Assembly (NCBI GenBank): GCA_028826165.1
Contig: JAPDFW010000064.1
Coordinates: forward strand, 1 to 64,000
DNA from: Anaeramoeba ignava BMAN
Lineage: Eukaryota; Protista; Anaeramoebae
DNA: 64,000 nt
Reading direction: 5' to 3'
In this document: one piece after another, positions 37,692 through 51,394 of the stretch
Position numbering within the stretch: the stretch's first letter is position 1
How the letters are laid out: the number at the start of each line of letters is the position of its first letter
Position numbers and translations under genes: made by a program
The notes under the pieces: model-generated
What the model was told of the DNA's origin: nothing
What the model saw: the letters and a program-made list of their open reading frames with translations, nothing else
Databases searched by the model: none

Positions 37692-40600
37692 ATGAATATT
37701 ACTAATTTATTAATAGAAGCTCAAAATTCAAGTATTTAATTTAATTTTATTAATTTTATTTTAATTTTATTTATTAATTTTATTAAAAAGATTATCAAAT
37801 AAGAAATCAAGCAGAATTAAAATTAACAGAATTAAAAGAACAAGATCCTTTATTATTTATAAATCTTTTATCAAATGAACTTCAAAATGAAGAAAAACCA
37901 ACTGAATCAAGACAATTATCTGGTTTATTATTAAAAAGTATGCTTGTTTCAAAAGATAAAAAACAAAGAATTTTATTAGGAAATGAATGGATTTCTTATT
38001 CTGAAAAATTTCGTCAAGAAATTAAATCAAGTGTAAATAAAAAAAAATAATAATTTGAATTTGAATTAAAAACTGAAATAAAAAAATTTTCAAGTTATAT
38101 CAAACTTTTAACTCTTCAATTAGAATAATAAGACATACTTCTGCTTTAGTACTTGCAGAAATTATTTTGATTGAATTATATAGAGGTTATTCTCAAGATG
38201 CTATTGTTAATTTTGTTGATGAAATTCCAAAAAATATTGGAAATGATTTTTTAATTGAATCAATTTTAAAATGTGTTGGTTTTATTCTTGAAGATATTGA
38301 AGATCCCTTAAAACAAAATGAATCTGAAGTTCTTTTTCAAGTCATTTTAAAACAATCTCAATCAGAAAATATTGAAATCAAAAAATCTTCATTATTTGCT
38401 CTTTATCATTTACTTGAATTTATTGATGAGATGATATCAAATGAAGAACAATATCAAAAAGATTTATTCAATATCATTTTAAATGAAATCCAAAATCAAA
38501 ATCAAAATCAAAATGAAGAAATTTATTCATTAAGTTTTGAAATTTTAGTTAAAATTAGTTATTTATATTATGATATACTTGGGAAATATATTGATCAAAT
38601 ATTTAAGGTTTAATATTTAATTTCTTATTTTCAAATTCAACAAAAGAAAACATAAATTCATTTCATTTCAATTTATTTATTTATTATATAAAAGATTACA
38701 TCATTAATTATTCAAAAAGGAAATGATAATATATGTATTAAATCAATTGAATTTTGGTCAAGTTTAAGTGCAAAAGAAAAAGAAATTGAAGAAGTAAATT
38801 TTATAATAAGAAAAAAAAAGGAATAATTTATATTGATTTCTTATTCATTCATTTATTTTATAATGAAAAAAACACACAACAAAAGCTTGATTTTATGGAT
38901 AATGAATCTAATCAATCAAATCAACAATCTCAAAATTTTATCAGAAAATTTTCAAATGATTTAATTTCAATTCTTCTTGAAAAAATTGAAAATGAAGAAG
39001 ATATTGATTATTATGAACTTTCACCAACAGAAGTATCAATTTTATGTTTATCAGAAATTGGAGAAATTATGAAAGATGATATTTTACAACATATAACAGA
39101 TTTTATTGAAAGAAACATTTCAAGTAATAATTCGAAACAACAAAAATCAGCAATTACTGTATTTGGAACAATATTAGAAAACGTTTCAACAGAAAAAATT
39201 GGATTAGATATTCCATCAGTAATATAAAATAAATTAATAGATAAATGATTATATAATTATTGCTAATTTGGATTTGTTTCTTTTCAAATAATATAATTTC
39301 CCCTTTTTTTTATAAGATTACATCACTTCTACAACAAATGTTTTCAGATCCAAATGATAAAATCAGAGAATCAATTAGTTGGACAATTTCAAGAATATGT
39401 CAATATCATTGTTCTACAATCATTTCAATAATTAATTCAGTATTAAATCAAGTTATTCAACATCTTGATGATATTCCAAGTGTTTCAGCAAATTGTTGTT
39501 GGTCAATCAGTTTTATTCTTATTTTTATTGGGAATGAAAATCAATTTGATTTGTTAGATGTGAATATTTCAGAAATTATTGAAAAATTATTATTAACAAT
39601 ACAACGACAAGATGTTGAAGAATCAAATCTTAAACAAATTGGTTTTCAATCCATTATTATTAGTATTTCTCAAATACCAAATCAAGATCAAGATTTGTTT
39701 AATAACATATTCATTTTCATAATAGAACATTTTGAAAAAACACTTTTAGTATTAAAAGTAAATTTAAAGAATATTTAATAAATTCAAATTTAAATTTAAA
39801 TTCAAATTCCAAAAAAAAAAGAAAAGCAAATTTAGTGATATTAAACAAGATTTATATGAATATCAAACTGGATTTATTGAAATTTTACAAGGATTAATTG
39901 AAAAATTTGATAAAAATACCCTTTTGAATTATTTAGAAAGAATTATGAATGATTTTTTTGTTTGTCTTGAAGATGAAAGATCATCTCATTCTGAAATTTT
40001 ACTTTCAATTAGTTTATTAATAAATTGTAATTATTTAAAAAATCAAAAAATCAAAAAATATATAAAATTATAAAATTATAAATATATAAATTATATAAAA
40101 TTATATAAAATTATAAAGACCAAGAACTTGATTTAGGAAAATATCTCCCACAAATTGTTTTTATTCAATTTCTGGATTAAAAAATATTAATACTCTTGAT
40201 GAATTTGTTACTTCAATTTCAGTTATTGGAGATTTATATAGAGAATATCCAGATTATGAATCAATAATTCAATCAACAAATGAAATTATAGATAATATTA
40301 TTAAAATTGTTAAATCTAATGATATTGAAATGACAAAAAAACCAATTATTTTAGGATGTTTAGCTGATATTATAATTGGAGTTAATTCTTCTGTTTCTTA
40401 TAATTTTATTGAAGATATTATGATTTTATTAGATGATTTATTTAAAACTCAAACTAATTTTGTAAATTTGAAATGAAAACAATTTTTGAATAATTTTCTT
40501 TTATTTTTATTTATTTCCATTTATTTATTTGTTTATTAGAATGATGATAATGAAAATGATGAAATTTTAATAACTTCTTTTCAAAAATCAATTTTGGATA

Positions 40601-41093
40601 TTTATACATCAATTTGTCAAAGATTTTCTTCAGATGGAACAGAAAAATTAATTATAAAATTTATTCCACAAATAACAAATACAATAAATCAATATTCAAA
40701 AATATCTTTATATGAAATTGAAGAAGAAATAATTGAAAGTATTATTGGATTATTTGGGTAATTTAATTTAAAATTTAAAATTAAAATTAAAATTAAAATT
40801 AAAATTAAAATTAAAATTAAAATTAAAATTAAAATTAAAATTAAAATTAAAATTAAAATTAAAATTAAAATTTAAAATTAAAATTAAAAATTAAAATTAA
40901 AATTAAAAATTAAAATTAAAATTAAAATTAAAATTAAAATTAAAATTTTAGTGATTTAATTCAATGTTTTGGAATAGAAACTAAATCAGAAATTGATTTG
41001 GAATTTATTATAAAATTATTAGATGAAATGATAAAAAATGGAACACAAGAAAATAAAGATTTAGCTCAATGGATTTATAGATTAATAAAATAA
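37692..41093 (+). CDS. Importin-beta (karyopherin beta-1)-like, multi-exon, divergent
   Basis: MNITNLLIEAQ..IRNQAE..SLSNELQNEEKPTESRQLSGLLLK (IBN_N), SIEFWSSL, FGTILE, RESISWTISRI, KPIILGCLADI, GLFGDL; about 10 GT-AG introns. One possible frameshift near 40160. Confidence 0.85.
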
Positions 41094-41298
41094 AAATAAA
41101 AAATCAAAAAAAAAAGAAAAAAATATTTGTTAATCTCAATTTTTTAATAAAAATAAATTTAAATATTTAATCAATTAAAAATAATATAAAAGAAAAATTA
41201 AAATTGAAAAAATAGATTATTTTCATTCTTCTTTTTTTTTATCTTTTTATCTTTTTATCTTTTTTATTTTTAAAAAATCAAAAAATCAAAAATTAATT

Positions 41299-41769
41299 AT
41301 GAATTTTCAAATATTTGTTAAAACATTAACTGGAAGAACAATTACACTTGATGTTGATCCAAATGATTCTATTGAGAATATTAAATCAAAAATTCAAGAA
41401 AAAGAAGGAATTTCACCTGAACAACAAAGATTAATATTTGCAGGAAAACAATTAGAAGATTCAAGAACTTTAAATGATTATTCAATTCAAAAAGATTCAA
41501 CAATTCATTTAGTTTTAAGATTAAGAGGTGGAAATTTCCAAATATTTGTTAAAACATTAACTGGAAGAACAATTACACTTGATGTTGATTCAAATGATTC
41601 TATTGAGAATATTAAATCAAAAATTCAAGAAAAAGAAGGAATTTCACCTGAACAACAAAGATTAATATTTGCAGGAAAACAATTAGAAGATTCAAGAACA
41701 TTAAATGATTATTCAATTCAAAAAGAATCAACAATTCATTTGGTTTTAAGATTAAGAGGTGGAAATTAA
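41299..41769 (+). CDS. Divergent di-ubiquitin (2 x 77 aa, ends LRLRGG-N)
   Basis: ORF track; about 15-17 substitutions per unit versus canonical ubiquitin by manual comparison. Confidence 0.95.
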   Translation: MNFQIFVKTLTGRTITLDVDPNDSIENIKSKIQEKEGISPEQQRLIFAGKQLEDSRTLNDYSIQKDSTIHLVLRLRGGNFQIFVKTLTGRTITLDVDSNDSIENIKSKIQEKEGISPEQQRLIFAGKQLEDSRTLNDYSIQKESTIHLVLRLRGGN

Positions 41770-42470
41770 TTTAAATTCCAAATTTTCTTTTTTTTCATTT
41801 CATTTTTGTTTTAAAAATAAATTTTTTTTTTTGAATAAATCAATAAAAAATAAAAAAAAAATAAATTTTATTCCACTTTTTATTCCACTTTTTTATTTTA
41901 AATAAAAGAAAAGAAAAGAAAAATATTTTTTATTCCATTTTTTAATTTTAATTTTAATTTTAATTTTAATTTTGAATTTGATGAAAAAAATTGATAAAAA
42001 TATAAAAATAAAATTTAATAAATTTAATAAATTAATTAATTTAATTTTTATTTTAAATTTAAATTTTAAAATGATATTTTTTATTAAATTAAATTAATTA
42101 AATTTTTGATTTTGATTTTTTTTGATGAAATGAAATGGAAATAAAAAATATTTTTATTTTCCAAAATTATTTAATTAATTAATAAATAAATTCAAAAAAA
42201 AAATGGAAAGAAATTTAATAAACAAATAAACTAATAAATTATTCCTATTTCTTATTTTTTTTTAAAAAAGAAATTTAAATTTGAATTTGATTTTAGTTCT
42301 TATTTATTGAAAATGAAAATGAAAATGAAATTGAAAATGAAATTGAAAATGAAAATGAAATTGAAAATGAAAATGAAATTGAAAATGAAAATGAAAATGA
42401 AAATGAAATTGAAAATGAAAATGAAATTGAAATTGAAAATGAAATTGAAAATGGAATTGAAAATGGAATA

Positions 42471-44560
42471 TTAAATATTTTGAACTCCAACTTTATCTTT
42501 GCAATAAGAACAAAATCCTATTGGGTTTTGAATTGTTTCATTATTTAAATTTGATTCAATTAAATCAGGTAAATTTCCAAAAATTTCAATACATTTTCCA
42601 CAAACCAAATGTCCACATGTTAATCGTTTTTCTTGAGCTGGATGAAAACAAATTGTACAAGTATCACTTGGGAGATAAGAACGTAAAGTGTGATCATGAT
42701 CATTTATTTCTTTATTAAGAATTGCATATTGTAAATAAATTTGTTGTAATGAATTTTGAAGATTATTTGATTTTTCAATAAATTCTCGAAAATTTAAAAT
42801 TGTTTCTGAAAATATTTTCTTAGATTGAGTTTCTGTTTCTGGAAATTGAAAATTTCCTTTCCATGAAATTGGTTTAGCTTTTGAGAAAGCAGATTTTATT
42901 TTTCTCCTAAATTTTCCATCTCGATCAAAATAATAATCTGTATTACAATGTTCTTGTGTATGATTTCCTCTTGTAAATGAACATTGAATTCCTTCTTTTG
43001 GTATTTTTTTCTGTTCTTTTTGACTTAAGTTTCTAAAATTAGATTGAATTGATTGACAAGGTTGTTGATTTAATAATTGAGGATATAATTTATCAAAAAA
43101 TTCCATTCCTTTCTTTTGATAATCTAATAATGGTGTTGCATTCATATTGATTTTAATTAAATTTTCAATTTCTTGAACTACAAATGTTATTGCAAGATGT
43201 TTTATTGCATTTTTTTCTGATAAAAGATAATCTTCTAAACTCATTTCTTTCATTATCATTTCAAAAAAACGAAAAGAATATAAAGCTTCTTCTAAATCAT
43301 AAAGTAAACATCTTGAAAGAATTGAACTCATTCTAATATTTTCTTGAAATTTTTTAACAACAAGTTCAAATAAAATAATCCAAATAAATTGATTATAAAG
43401 AATTCCTAATTTCTTTTTGTTTTGATTTTGTTTTTCAATAACTTGATTAATTAATTCTTTTAATCTTTCAATTTCTTTTTGAAATATTTCTATTGAATTT
43501 GGTTCTTCAATATCAAAATTTGGTAAAGAAACACAATGAACTTCACTATACCATCTTAATAATTCTGGATTTTCAGGATCTTCAGCATGTTCATCAAAAA
43601 AAATTTTGAGTTAATTTTTCATAATCAGTTTCATATTTTTTTAAACATTTATTTTTAACTAAAATCAAAGCTGGTTTTTCTGCTGATTGAACTTTTTTAG
43701 TTGATTTTTTTGCAATTTTTAATAATTCTGAATAATATATATTATCTGCAAAATCCAAAGTTGAAATATAAACAATAACATTTGAAACCAAATAAGATAA
43801 TCTAGGAAAATGTTCTTCAACTGATTTTCTTCTTTTTTTTGCATATTTTTGTTCTTTGATTTTATTTTCTTTCAAAAAATTTTTTGTTTCAATATCAATA
43901 TCAATAGGAACTCTTGAACCAGCTGAATTTCCTTCAAAATCCAAATATCTATAATTATTATTATTTGGATCATCAATAACCCACAAATTTCCAGTTGTTG
44001 GAGGCATTGCTAAATTAGTTTCTATACCAATTTTAGGACTTATTCCAACATTTCCTGTTTTTCCATTAAATTTATTAGAAGTTAATAAAGCATTTATTAA
44101 AGTACTTTTTCCTGAATGAGTATTTCCAGTAAAAGAAATTACATTTGAAATTTCATCTTTTGGTGAATTATCACGAATATGATCAACAGCAGATTGATTT
44201 ATTTCCAAACCATAAATTTCTTTTTCCTTCTTTAATAAAACTTGGTTTTTTTTGAGTTGATATTTTGGCAATCATAAAATGTTCATTTGAATATTCAGGA
44301 TTCTGGGGTTGTTCTTGAATTCGATGAATTTGATTATTTTGATTATTTTGATTATTTTGATTATTTCGATTATTTTGGTTATTTTGGTTATTTTGAGGTG
44401 GGGTTCTCGTTTTAATTTGTTGATTGTTTTGATTATTTGGAGGATTTCTATTTGGAAATTTTGGAGGTGGTTGTCTCGATCTTGAAAGTGGTTTTTTATT
44501 TGAAGGATGATTTGAATTAAATTGTTCATTTGGAAGATTTCTTTGTTGTTTTGGATTCAT
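42471..44560 (-). CDS. GBP/atlastin-like GTPase + C3HC4 RING, copy 1 (two +1 homopolymer frameshifts, ~44222 and ~43600)
   Basis: GNTHSGKS, TTGNLW, LDFEG, SYLVSNVIVY, LILVKNK; CTIC-x10-CGH-x2-C-x2-C...CSYC. Confidence 0.85.
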
Positions 44561-45424
44561 TTTTGTTTTGTTTTGTTTTGTTTTGTAAAAGAAATTAATA
44601 AAAATAAAAATAAAAGTAAAAGTAAAAAGTAAAAGAATTGAATAAAAAAAAATTAAAAGGAATTAAAAGATGAATAAGAAATGAAAAATGATCTTCTTTT
44701 TTTAATTTAAATTTTTATTTTTTATATCTCTTTAAATTAATAAAGGAAGGCAAAAATTTTTTAATTAAATTTTTATTTAAATTTTATTTATTTAATTTTA
44801 CTTTTTTTAAAAATAAAAAGAAGAATAGAATTAAAATCAAAAAAAAGAAGAAGAAAGAAGAATTAAAAAGAAAAAAAATTATTTTTCCTCTTTTTAATTA
44901 AATTTTTTTTTTAAAAATAAATAAAAACAAAATTATAATAAAATTAATTTATTTTTAACATTTATTTTATTTTAATTTTTATTTAAATTAAATTAATAAA
45001 TAAAAATAAAAGTAAATAATTATTAAAATATTATTTATTATTTTTATATTTAAATAAATAAAAGTGGAATTTTGTTTTTTTTTTGTTTTGAAAATAAAAA
45101 GAAAGAAATAAAGAAAGAAAGAAAATGAAAATTAAAATAAAAATAATTTATAATTTAGAAATTAATTTAATTTGTGGAATTAGGGAAAATAAAAATAAAA
45201 ATCGAATTATTTAATTAATAAAAATAAAAAATCAAAAAAAAAGAAAAAAATATTTGTTAATCTCAATTTTTTAATAAAAATAAATTTAAATATTTAATCA
45301 ATTAAAAATAATATAAAAGAAAAATTAAAATTGAAAAAATAGATTATTTTCATTCTTCTTTTTTTTTATCTTTTTATCTTTTTATCTTTTTATTTTTAAA
45401 AAATCAAAAAATCAAAAATTAATT
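44561..45424. promoter_or_regulatory. Conserved intergenic region between divergent GTPase-RING and di-ubiquitin genes (candidate bidirectional promoter)
   Basis: Near-identical at 51397-52296; partial at 48590-49250, 41100-41298 and, inverted, 18200-18640. Confidence 0.65.
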
Positions 45425-45895
45425 ATGAATTTTCAAATATTTGTTAAAACATTAACTGGAAGAACAATTACTCTTGATGTTGATTCAAATGATTCTATTG
45501 AGAATATTAAATCAAAAATTCAAGAAAAAGAAGGAATTTCATCTGAACAACAAAGATTAATTTTTGCAGGAAAACAATTAGAAGATTCAAGAACATTAAA
45601 TGATTATTCAATTCAAAAAGAATCAACAATTCATTTAGTTTTAAGATTAAGAGGTGGAAATTTTCAAATATTTGTTAAAACATTAACTGGAAGAACAATT
45701 ACACTTGATGTTGATTCAAATGATTCTATTGAGAATATTAAATCAAAAATTCAAGAAAAGGAAGGAATTTCACCTGAACAACAAAGATTAATTTTTGCAG
45801 GAAAACAATTAGAAGATTCAAGAACATTAAATGATTATTCAATTCAAAAAGAATCAACAATTCATTTGGTTTTAAGATTAAGAGGTGGAAATTAA
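45425..45895 (+). CDS. Divergent di-ubiquitin, copy 2
   Basis: As for 41299-41769. Confidence 0.95.
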   Translation: MNFQIFVKTLTGRTITLDVDSNDSIENIKSKIQEKEGISSEQQRLIFAGKQLEDSRTLNDYSIQKESTIHLVLRLRGGNFQIFVKTLTGRTITLDVDSNDSIENIKSKIQEKEGISPEQQRLIFAGKQLEDSRTLNDYSIQKESTIHLVLRLRGGN

Positions 45896-46556
45896 TTTAA
45901 ATTTCAAATTTTCTTTTTTTTCATTTCATTTTTGTTTTAAAAATAAATGAATTCTTTCTTATTTTTATTTTTGAATAAATCAATAAAAAATAAATAAAAA
46001 AATCAATTTTATTCCACTTTTTATTCCACTTTTTTATTTTAAATAAAAGAAAAGAAAAGAAAAATATTTTTTATTCCATTTTTAATTTTAATTTTAATTT
46101 TATTTTTTTAAAAATTTTGATTTTGATTGAAAAATTGATAAAAATATAAAAATAAAATTTAATAAATTTAATAAATTAATTAATTTAATTTTTATTTTAA
46201 ATTTAAATTTTAAAATGATATTTTTTATTAAATTAAATTAATTAAATTTTTGATTTTGATTTTTTTTGATGAAATGAAATGGAAATAAAAAATATTTTTA
46301 TTTTCCAAAATTATTTAATTAATTAATAAATAAATTCAAAAAAAAAAATGGAAAGAAATTTAATAAACAAATAAACTAATAAATTATTCCTATTTCTTAT
46401 TTTTTTTTAAAAAAGAAATTTAAATTTGAATTTGATTTTAGTTCTTATTTATTGAAAAAAGAAATTGAAAATGAAAATGAAATCGAAAATAAAATTGAAA
46501 TTGAAAATGGAAATGAAAATGAAATTGAAAATGAAATTGAAATTGAAAATGGAATA

Positions 46557-48582
46557 TTAAATATTTTGAACTCCAACTTTATCTTTGCAATAAGAACAAA
46601 ATCCTATTGGGTTTTGAATTGTTTCATTATTTAAATTTGATTCAATTAAATCAGGTAAATTTCCAAAAATTTCAATACATTTTTCACAAACCAAATGTCC
46701 ACATGTTAATCGTTTTTCTTGAGCTGGATGAAAACAAATTGTACAAGTATCACTTGGGAGATAAGAACGTAAAGTGTGATCATGATCATTTATTTCTTTA
46801 TTAAGAATTGCATATTGTAAATAAATTTGTTGTAATGAATTTTGAAGATTATTTGATTTTTCAATAAATTCTCGAAAATTTAAAATTGTTTCTGAAAATA
46901 TTTTCTTAGATTGAGTTTCTGTTTCTGGAAATTGAAAATTTCCTTTCCATAAAATTGGTTTAGCTTTTGAGAAAACAGATTTTAATCCTCTCATAAATTT
47001 TTTTTTAATCTTTAAATTTGAACATTGAATTCCTTCTTGTGAATTTTCTTCACTTAAATTTGTAAAATTAGATTGAATTGATTGACAAGGTTGTTGATTT
47101 AATAATTGAGGATATAATTTATCAAAAAATTCCATTCCTTTCTTTTGATAATCTAATAATGGTGTTGCATTCATATTGATTTTAATTAAATTTTCAATTT
47201 CTTGAACTACAAATGTTATTGCAAGATGTTTTATTGCATTTTTTTCTGATAAAAGATAATCTTCTAATACCATACCTTTCATTATCATTTCAAAAAAACG
47301 AAAAGAATATAAAGATACTTCTAAATCATAAAGTAAACATTTTGAAATAATTGAACTCATTCTAATATTTTCTTGAAATTTTTTAACAACAAGTTCAAAT
47401 AAAATAATCCAAATAAATTGATTATAAAGAATTCCTAATTTCTTTTTGTTTTGATTTTGTTTTTCAATAACTTGATTAATTAATTCTTTTAATCTTTCAA
47501 TTTCTTTTTTAAATATTTCTATTGAATTTGGTTCTTCAATATCAAAATTTGGTAAAGAAACACAATGAACTTCACTATACCATCTTAATAATTCTGGATT
47601 TTCAGGATCTTCAGCATGTTCATCAAAAAAACTTTGAGTTAATTTTTCATAATCAGTTTCATATTTTAAACATTTATTTTTAACTAAAATCAAAGCTGGT
47701 TTTTCTGCTGATTGAACTTTTTTAGTTGATTTTTTTGCAATTTTTAATAATTCTGAATAATATTTATTTGCAGCAAAATCCGAAGTTGAAATATAAACAA
47801 TAACATTTGAAACCAAATAAGATAATCTAGGAAAATGTTCTTCAACTGATTTTCTTCTTTCTTTTGCATATTTTTGTTCTTTGATTTTATTTTCTTTCAA
47901 AAAATTTTTTGTTTCAATATCAATATCAATAGGAACTCTTGAACCAGCTGAATTTCCTTCAAAATCCAAATATCTATAATTATCACTATTTGGATCATCA
48001 ATAACCCACAAATTTCCAGTTGTTGGAGGCATTGCTAAATTAGTTTCTATACCAATTTTAGGACTTATTCCAACATTTCCTGTTTTTCCATTAAATTTAT
48101 TAGAAGTTAATAAAGCATTTATTAAAGTACTTTTTCCTGAATGAGTATTTCCAGTAAAAGAAATTACATTTGAAATTTCATCTTTTGAAGAATTATCACG
48201 AATATGATCAACAGCAGATTGATTTATTTCCAAACCATAAATTTCTTTTCCTTCTTTAAAAAAACTTGATGTTTTTGAGTTGATATTTTGGCAATCATAA
48301 AATGTTTATTTAAATATTCATCATTTTGGGGTTGTTCTTGAATTCGATGAATTTGATTATTTTGATTATTTTGATTATTTTGATTATTTTGATTATTTTG
48401 ATTATTTTGGTTATTTTGAGGTGGGGTTCTCGTTTTAATTTGTTGATTGTTTTGATTATTTGGAGGATTTCTATTTGGAAATTTTGGAGGTGGTTGTCTC
48501 GATCTTGAAAGTGGTTTTTTATTTGAAGGATGATTTGAATTAAATTGTTCATTTGGAAGATTTCTTTGTTGGTTTGATTCAT
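46557..48582 (-). CDS. GTPase-RING, copy 2 (indels in the first ~350 nt; 558-aa open core)
   Basis: Same motifs. One base is missing just after the ATG and another near 48272 relative to copy 3. Confidence 0.82.
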
Positions 48583-49410
48583 GTTTCCATTGTTTTGTTT
48601 TGTTTTGTTTTGTTTTGTAAAAGAAATTAAAAAAAATAAAAATAAAAATAAAAGTAAAAGTAAAAGTAAAAGAATTGAATAAAAAAAAAATTAAAAGGAA
48701 TTAAAAGATGAATAAGAAATGAAAAATGATCTTCTTTTTTTGATTTATTTTTTTTTTTATATCTCTTTAAATTAATAAAGGAAGGCAAAAATTTTTTAAT
48801 TAAATTTTTTATTTAAATTTATTTATTTATTTAATTTTACTTTTTTTAAAAATAAAAAGAAGAATAGAATTAAAATCAAAAAAAAAAAAAGAAGAAAGAA
48901 GAATTAAAAAGAATTAAAAAATTATTTTTCCTCTTTTTAATTAAATTTTTTTTTTAAAAAATAAATAAAAATAAAATTATAATAAAATTAATTTATTTTT
49001 AACATTTATTTTATTTTAATTTTTATTTAAATTAAATTAATAAATAAAAATAAAAGTAAATAATTATTAAAATATTATTTATTATTTTTATATTTAAATA
49101 AATAAAAGTGGAATTTTGTTTTTTTTTTGTTTTGAAAATAGAAAGAAAGAAAGAAAGAAAGAAAGAAAATGGAAATTAAAATAAAAATAATTTATAATTT
49201 AGAAATTAATTTAATTTGTGGAATTAGGGAAAATAAAAATAAAAATAAAAATAAAAATAATAATCATTTCTTATTTTTTAAAAAAGAAATTTAAATTTAA
49301 ATTTGATTTTTATTAATTTTGATTTTGAAATTGAAATTGAAATTGAAATTGAAAATGAAAATGAAATTGAAAATGAAAATGAAAATGAAAATGAAATTGA
49401 AAATGGAATA

Positions 49411-51394
49411 TTAAATCTTTTTAACTCCAACATTTTGCTTGCAATAAGTGCAAAATCCTATTGGGTTTTGAATTGTTTCATTATTTAAATTTGATTCAAT
49501 TAAATCAGGTAAATTTCCAAAAATTTCAACACATTTTCCACAAATCAAATGTCCACATGTTAATTGTTTTTCTTGAGCTGGATGAAAACAAATTGAACAA
49601 GTATCATTTGGGAGATAAGAACGTAAATCATGATCATGATCATTTATTTCTTTATTAAGAATTGCATATTGTAAATAAATTTGTTGTAATGAATCTTGAA
49701 GATTATTTGATTTTTCAATAAATTCTCGAAAATTTAAAATTGTTTCTGAAAATATTTTCTTAGATTGAGTTTCTGTTTCTGAAAATTCTAAATTTGTTTT
49801 CAATGAAATTGGTTCATTTTGTGTGAAAACATTTTTTAATCCTCTCATAAAAAATTTTGCTTCCAAAAAAGTAACTTTGATGAAAATGTATGATTTCCTC
49901 TTGTAAGTGAACATTGAATTCTCTTCTTGTTGTGAATTTTCTTCACTTAAATTTGTAAAATTGGATTGATTTTGTTGATAAGGTTGTTGATTTAATAATT
50001 GAGGATATAATTTATCAAAAAATTCCATTCCTCTAATTTCGTAATCTAATAATGATGTTGTATTCATATTGACTATGATTAAATTTTCAATTTCTTGAAT
50101 TGCAAATGTTATTGCAAGATGTTTTAATGCGATTGCTTTTGATAAAAGATAATTTTCTAAACCCATTCCTTTCATTATCATTTCAAAAAAACGAAAAGAA
50201 TATAAAGATACTTCTGAATCATAAAGTAAAGATTTTGAAAGAATTGAACTCATTCTTATATTTTCTTGAAATTCTTTAACAACAAGTTCAAATAAAATAA
50301 TCCAAATAAATTGATTATAAAGAATTCCTAATTTCTTTTTGTTTTGATTTTGTTTTTTAATAACTTGATTAATTAATTCTTTTAATCTTTCAATTTCTTT
50401 TTGAAATATTTCTATTGAATTTGGTTCTTCAATATCAAAATTTGGTAAAGAAACACAATGAACTTCACTATACCATCTTAATAATTTTGGATCTTCAAGA
50501 TTTTCAGCATGTGCATCAAAAAAACTTTGAGTTAATTTTTCATAATCAGTTTCATATTTTCCTAAACATTTATTTTTAACTAAAATTAAAGCTGGTTTTT
50601 CTGCTGATTGAACTTTTTGAGTTGATTTTTTTGCAGTTTCTAATAATTCTGAATAATATATATTATCTGCAAAATTCAAAGTTGAAATATAAACAATAAC
50701 ATTTGAAACCAAATAAGATAATCTAGGAAAATGTTCTCCAACTGCTTTTCTTCTTTCTTTTGCATATTTTTGTTCATCGATTTGATTTTTTTTCAAAAAT
50801 TTTTTTGTTTCAATATCAATATCAATAGGAACTCTTGAACCAGCTGAATTTCCTTCAAAATCCAAATATCTATAATTATCACTATTTGGATCATCAATAA
50901 CCCACAAATTTCCAGTTGTTGGAGGCATTGCTAAACTAGTTTCTATACCAATTTTAGGACTTATTCCAACATTTCCTGTTTTTCCATTAAATTTATTAGA
51001 AGTTAATAAAGCATTTATCAAAGTACTTTTTCCTGAATGAGTATTTCCAGTAAAAGAAATTACATTTGAAATTTCATCAGTTGAAGAATTATCACGAATA
51101 TGATCAATACCAGATTGATTTAATACCAAATCATAAATTTCTTTTCCTTCTTTAAAAAAACTTGATGTTTTGTGAGTTGATATTTTGGCAATCATAAAAT
51201 GTTCATTTGAATATTCATTATTTTGATGATTTGAATTAATTTGGTTATTTGGAGGTGAAGTTCTACTTGGAAGTTTTGGAGGTGGTTTTGTTGGTCTTTT
51301 AGGAGGTTGTCTTGATTTTGAAAGTGGTTTTTTATTTGAAGGATGATTTGAATTAAATTGTTCATTTGGAATATTTCTTTGTTGGTTTGGATCC

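Noticed and set aside
41299-41769. NEDD8/RUB or a true ISG15 orthologue
   Set aside because: R72 and high identity to ubiquitin argue against NEDD8. The two units are near-identical ubiquitin copies, so any ISG15 likeness is architectural analogy.
43590-44230. Programmed frameshifting or phase variation in GTPase-RING copy 1
   Set aside because: The indels lie in homopolymers, and similar ones hit unrelated genes (ankyrin, CH-PH, VPS9, importin). Long-read error is more parsimonious; cannot be resolved without reads.
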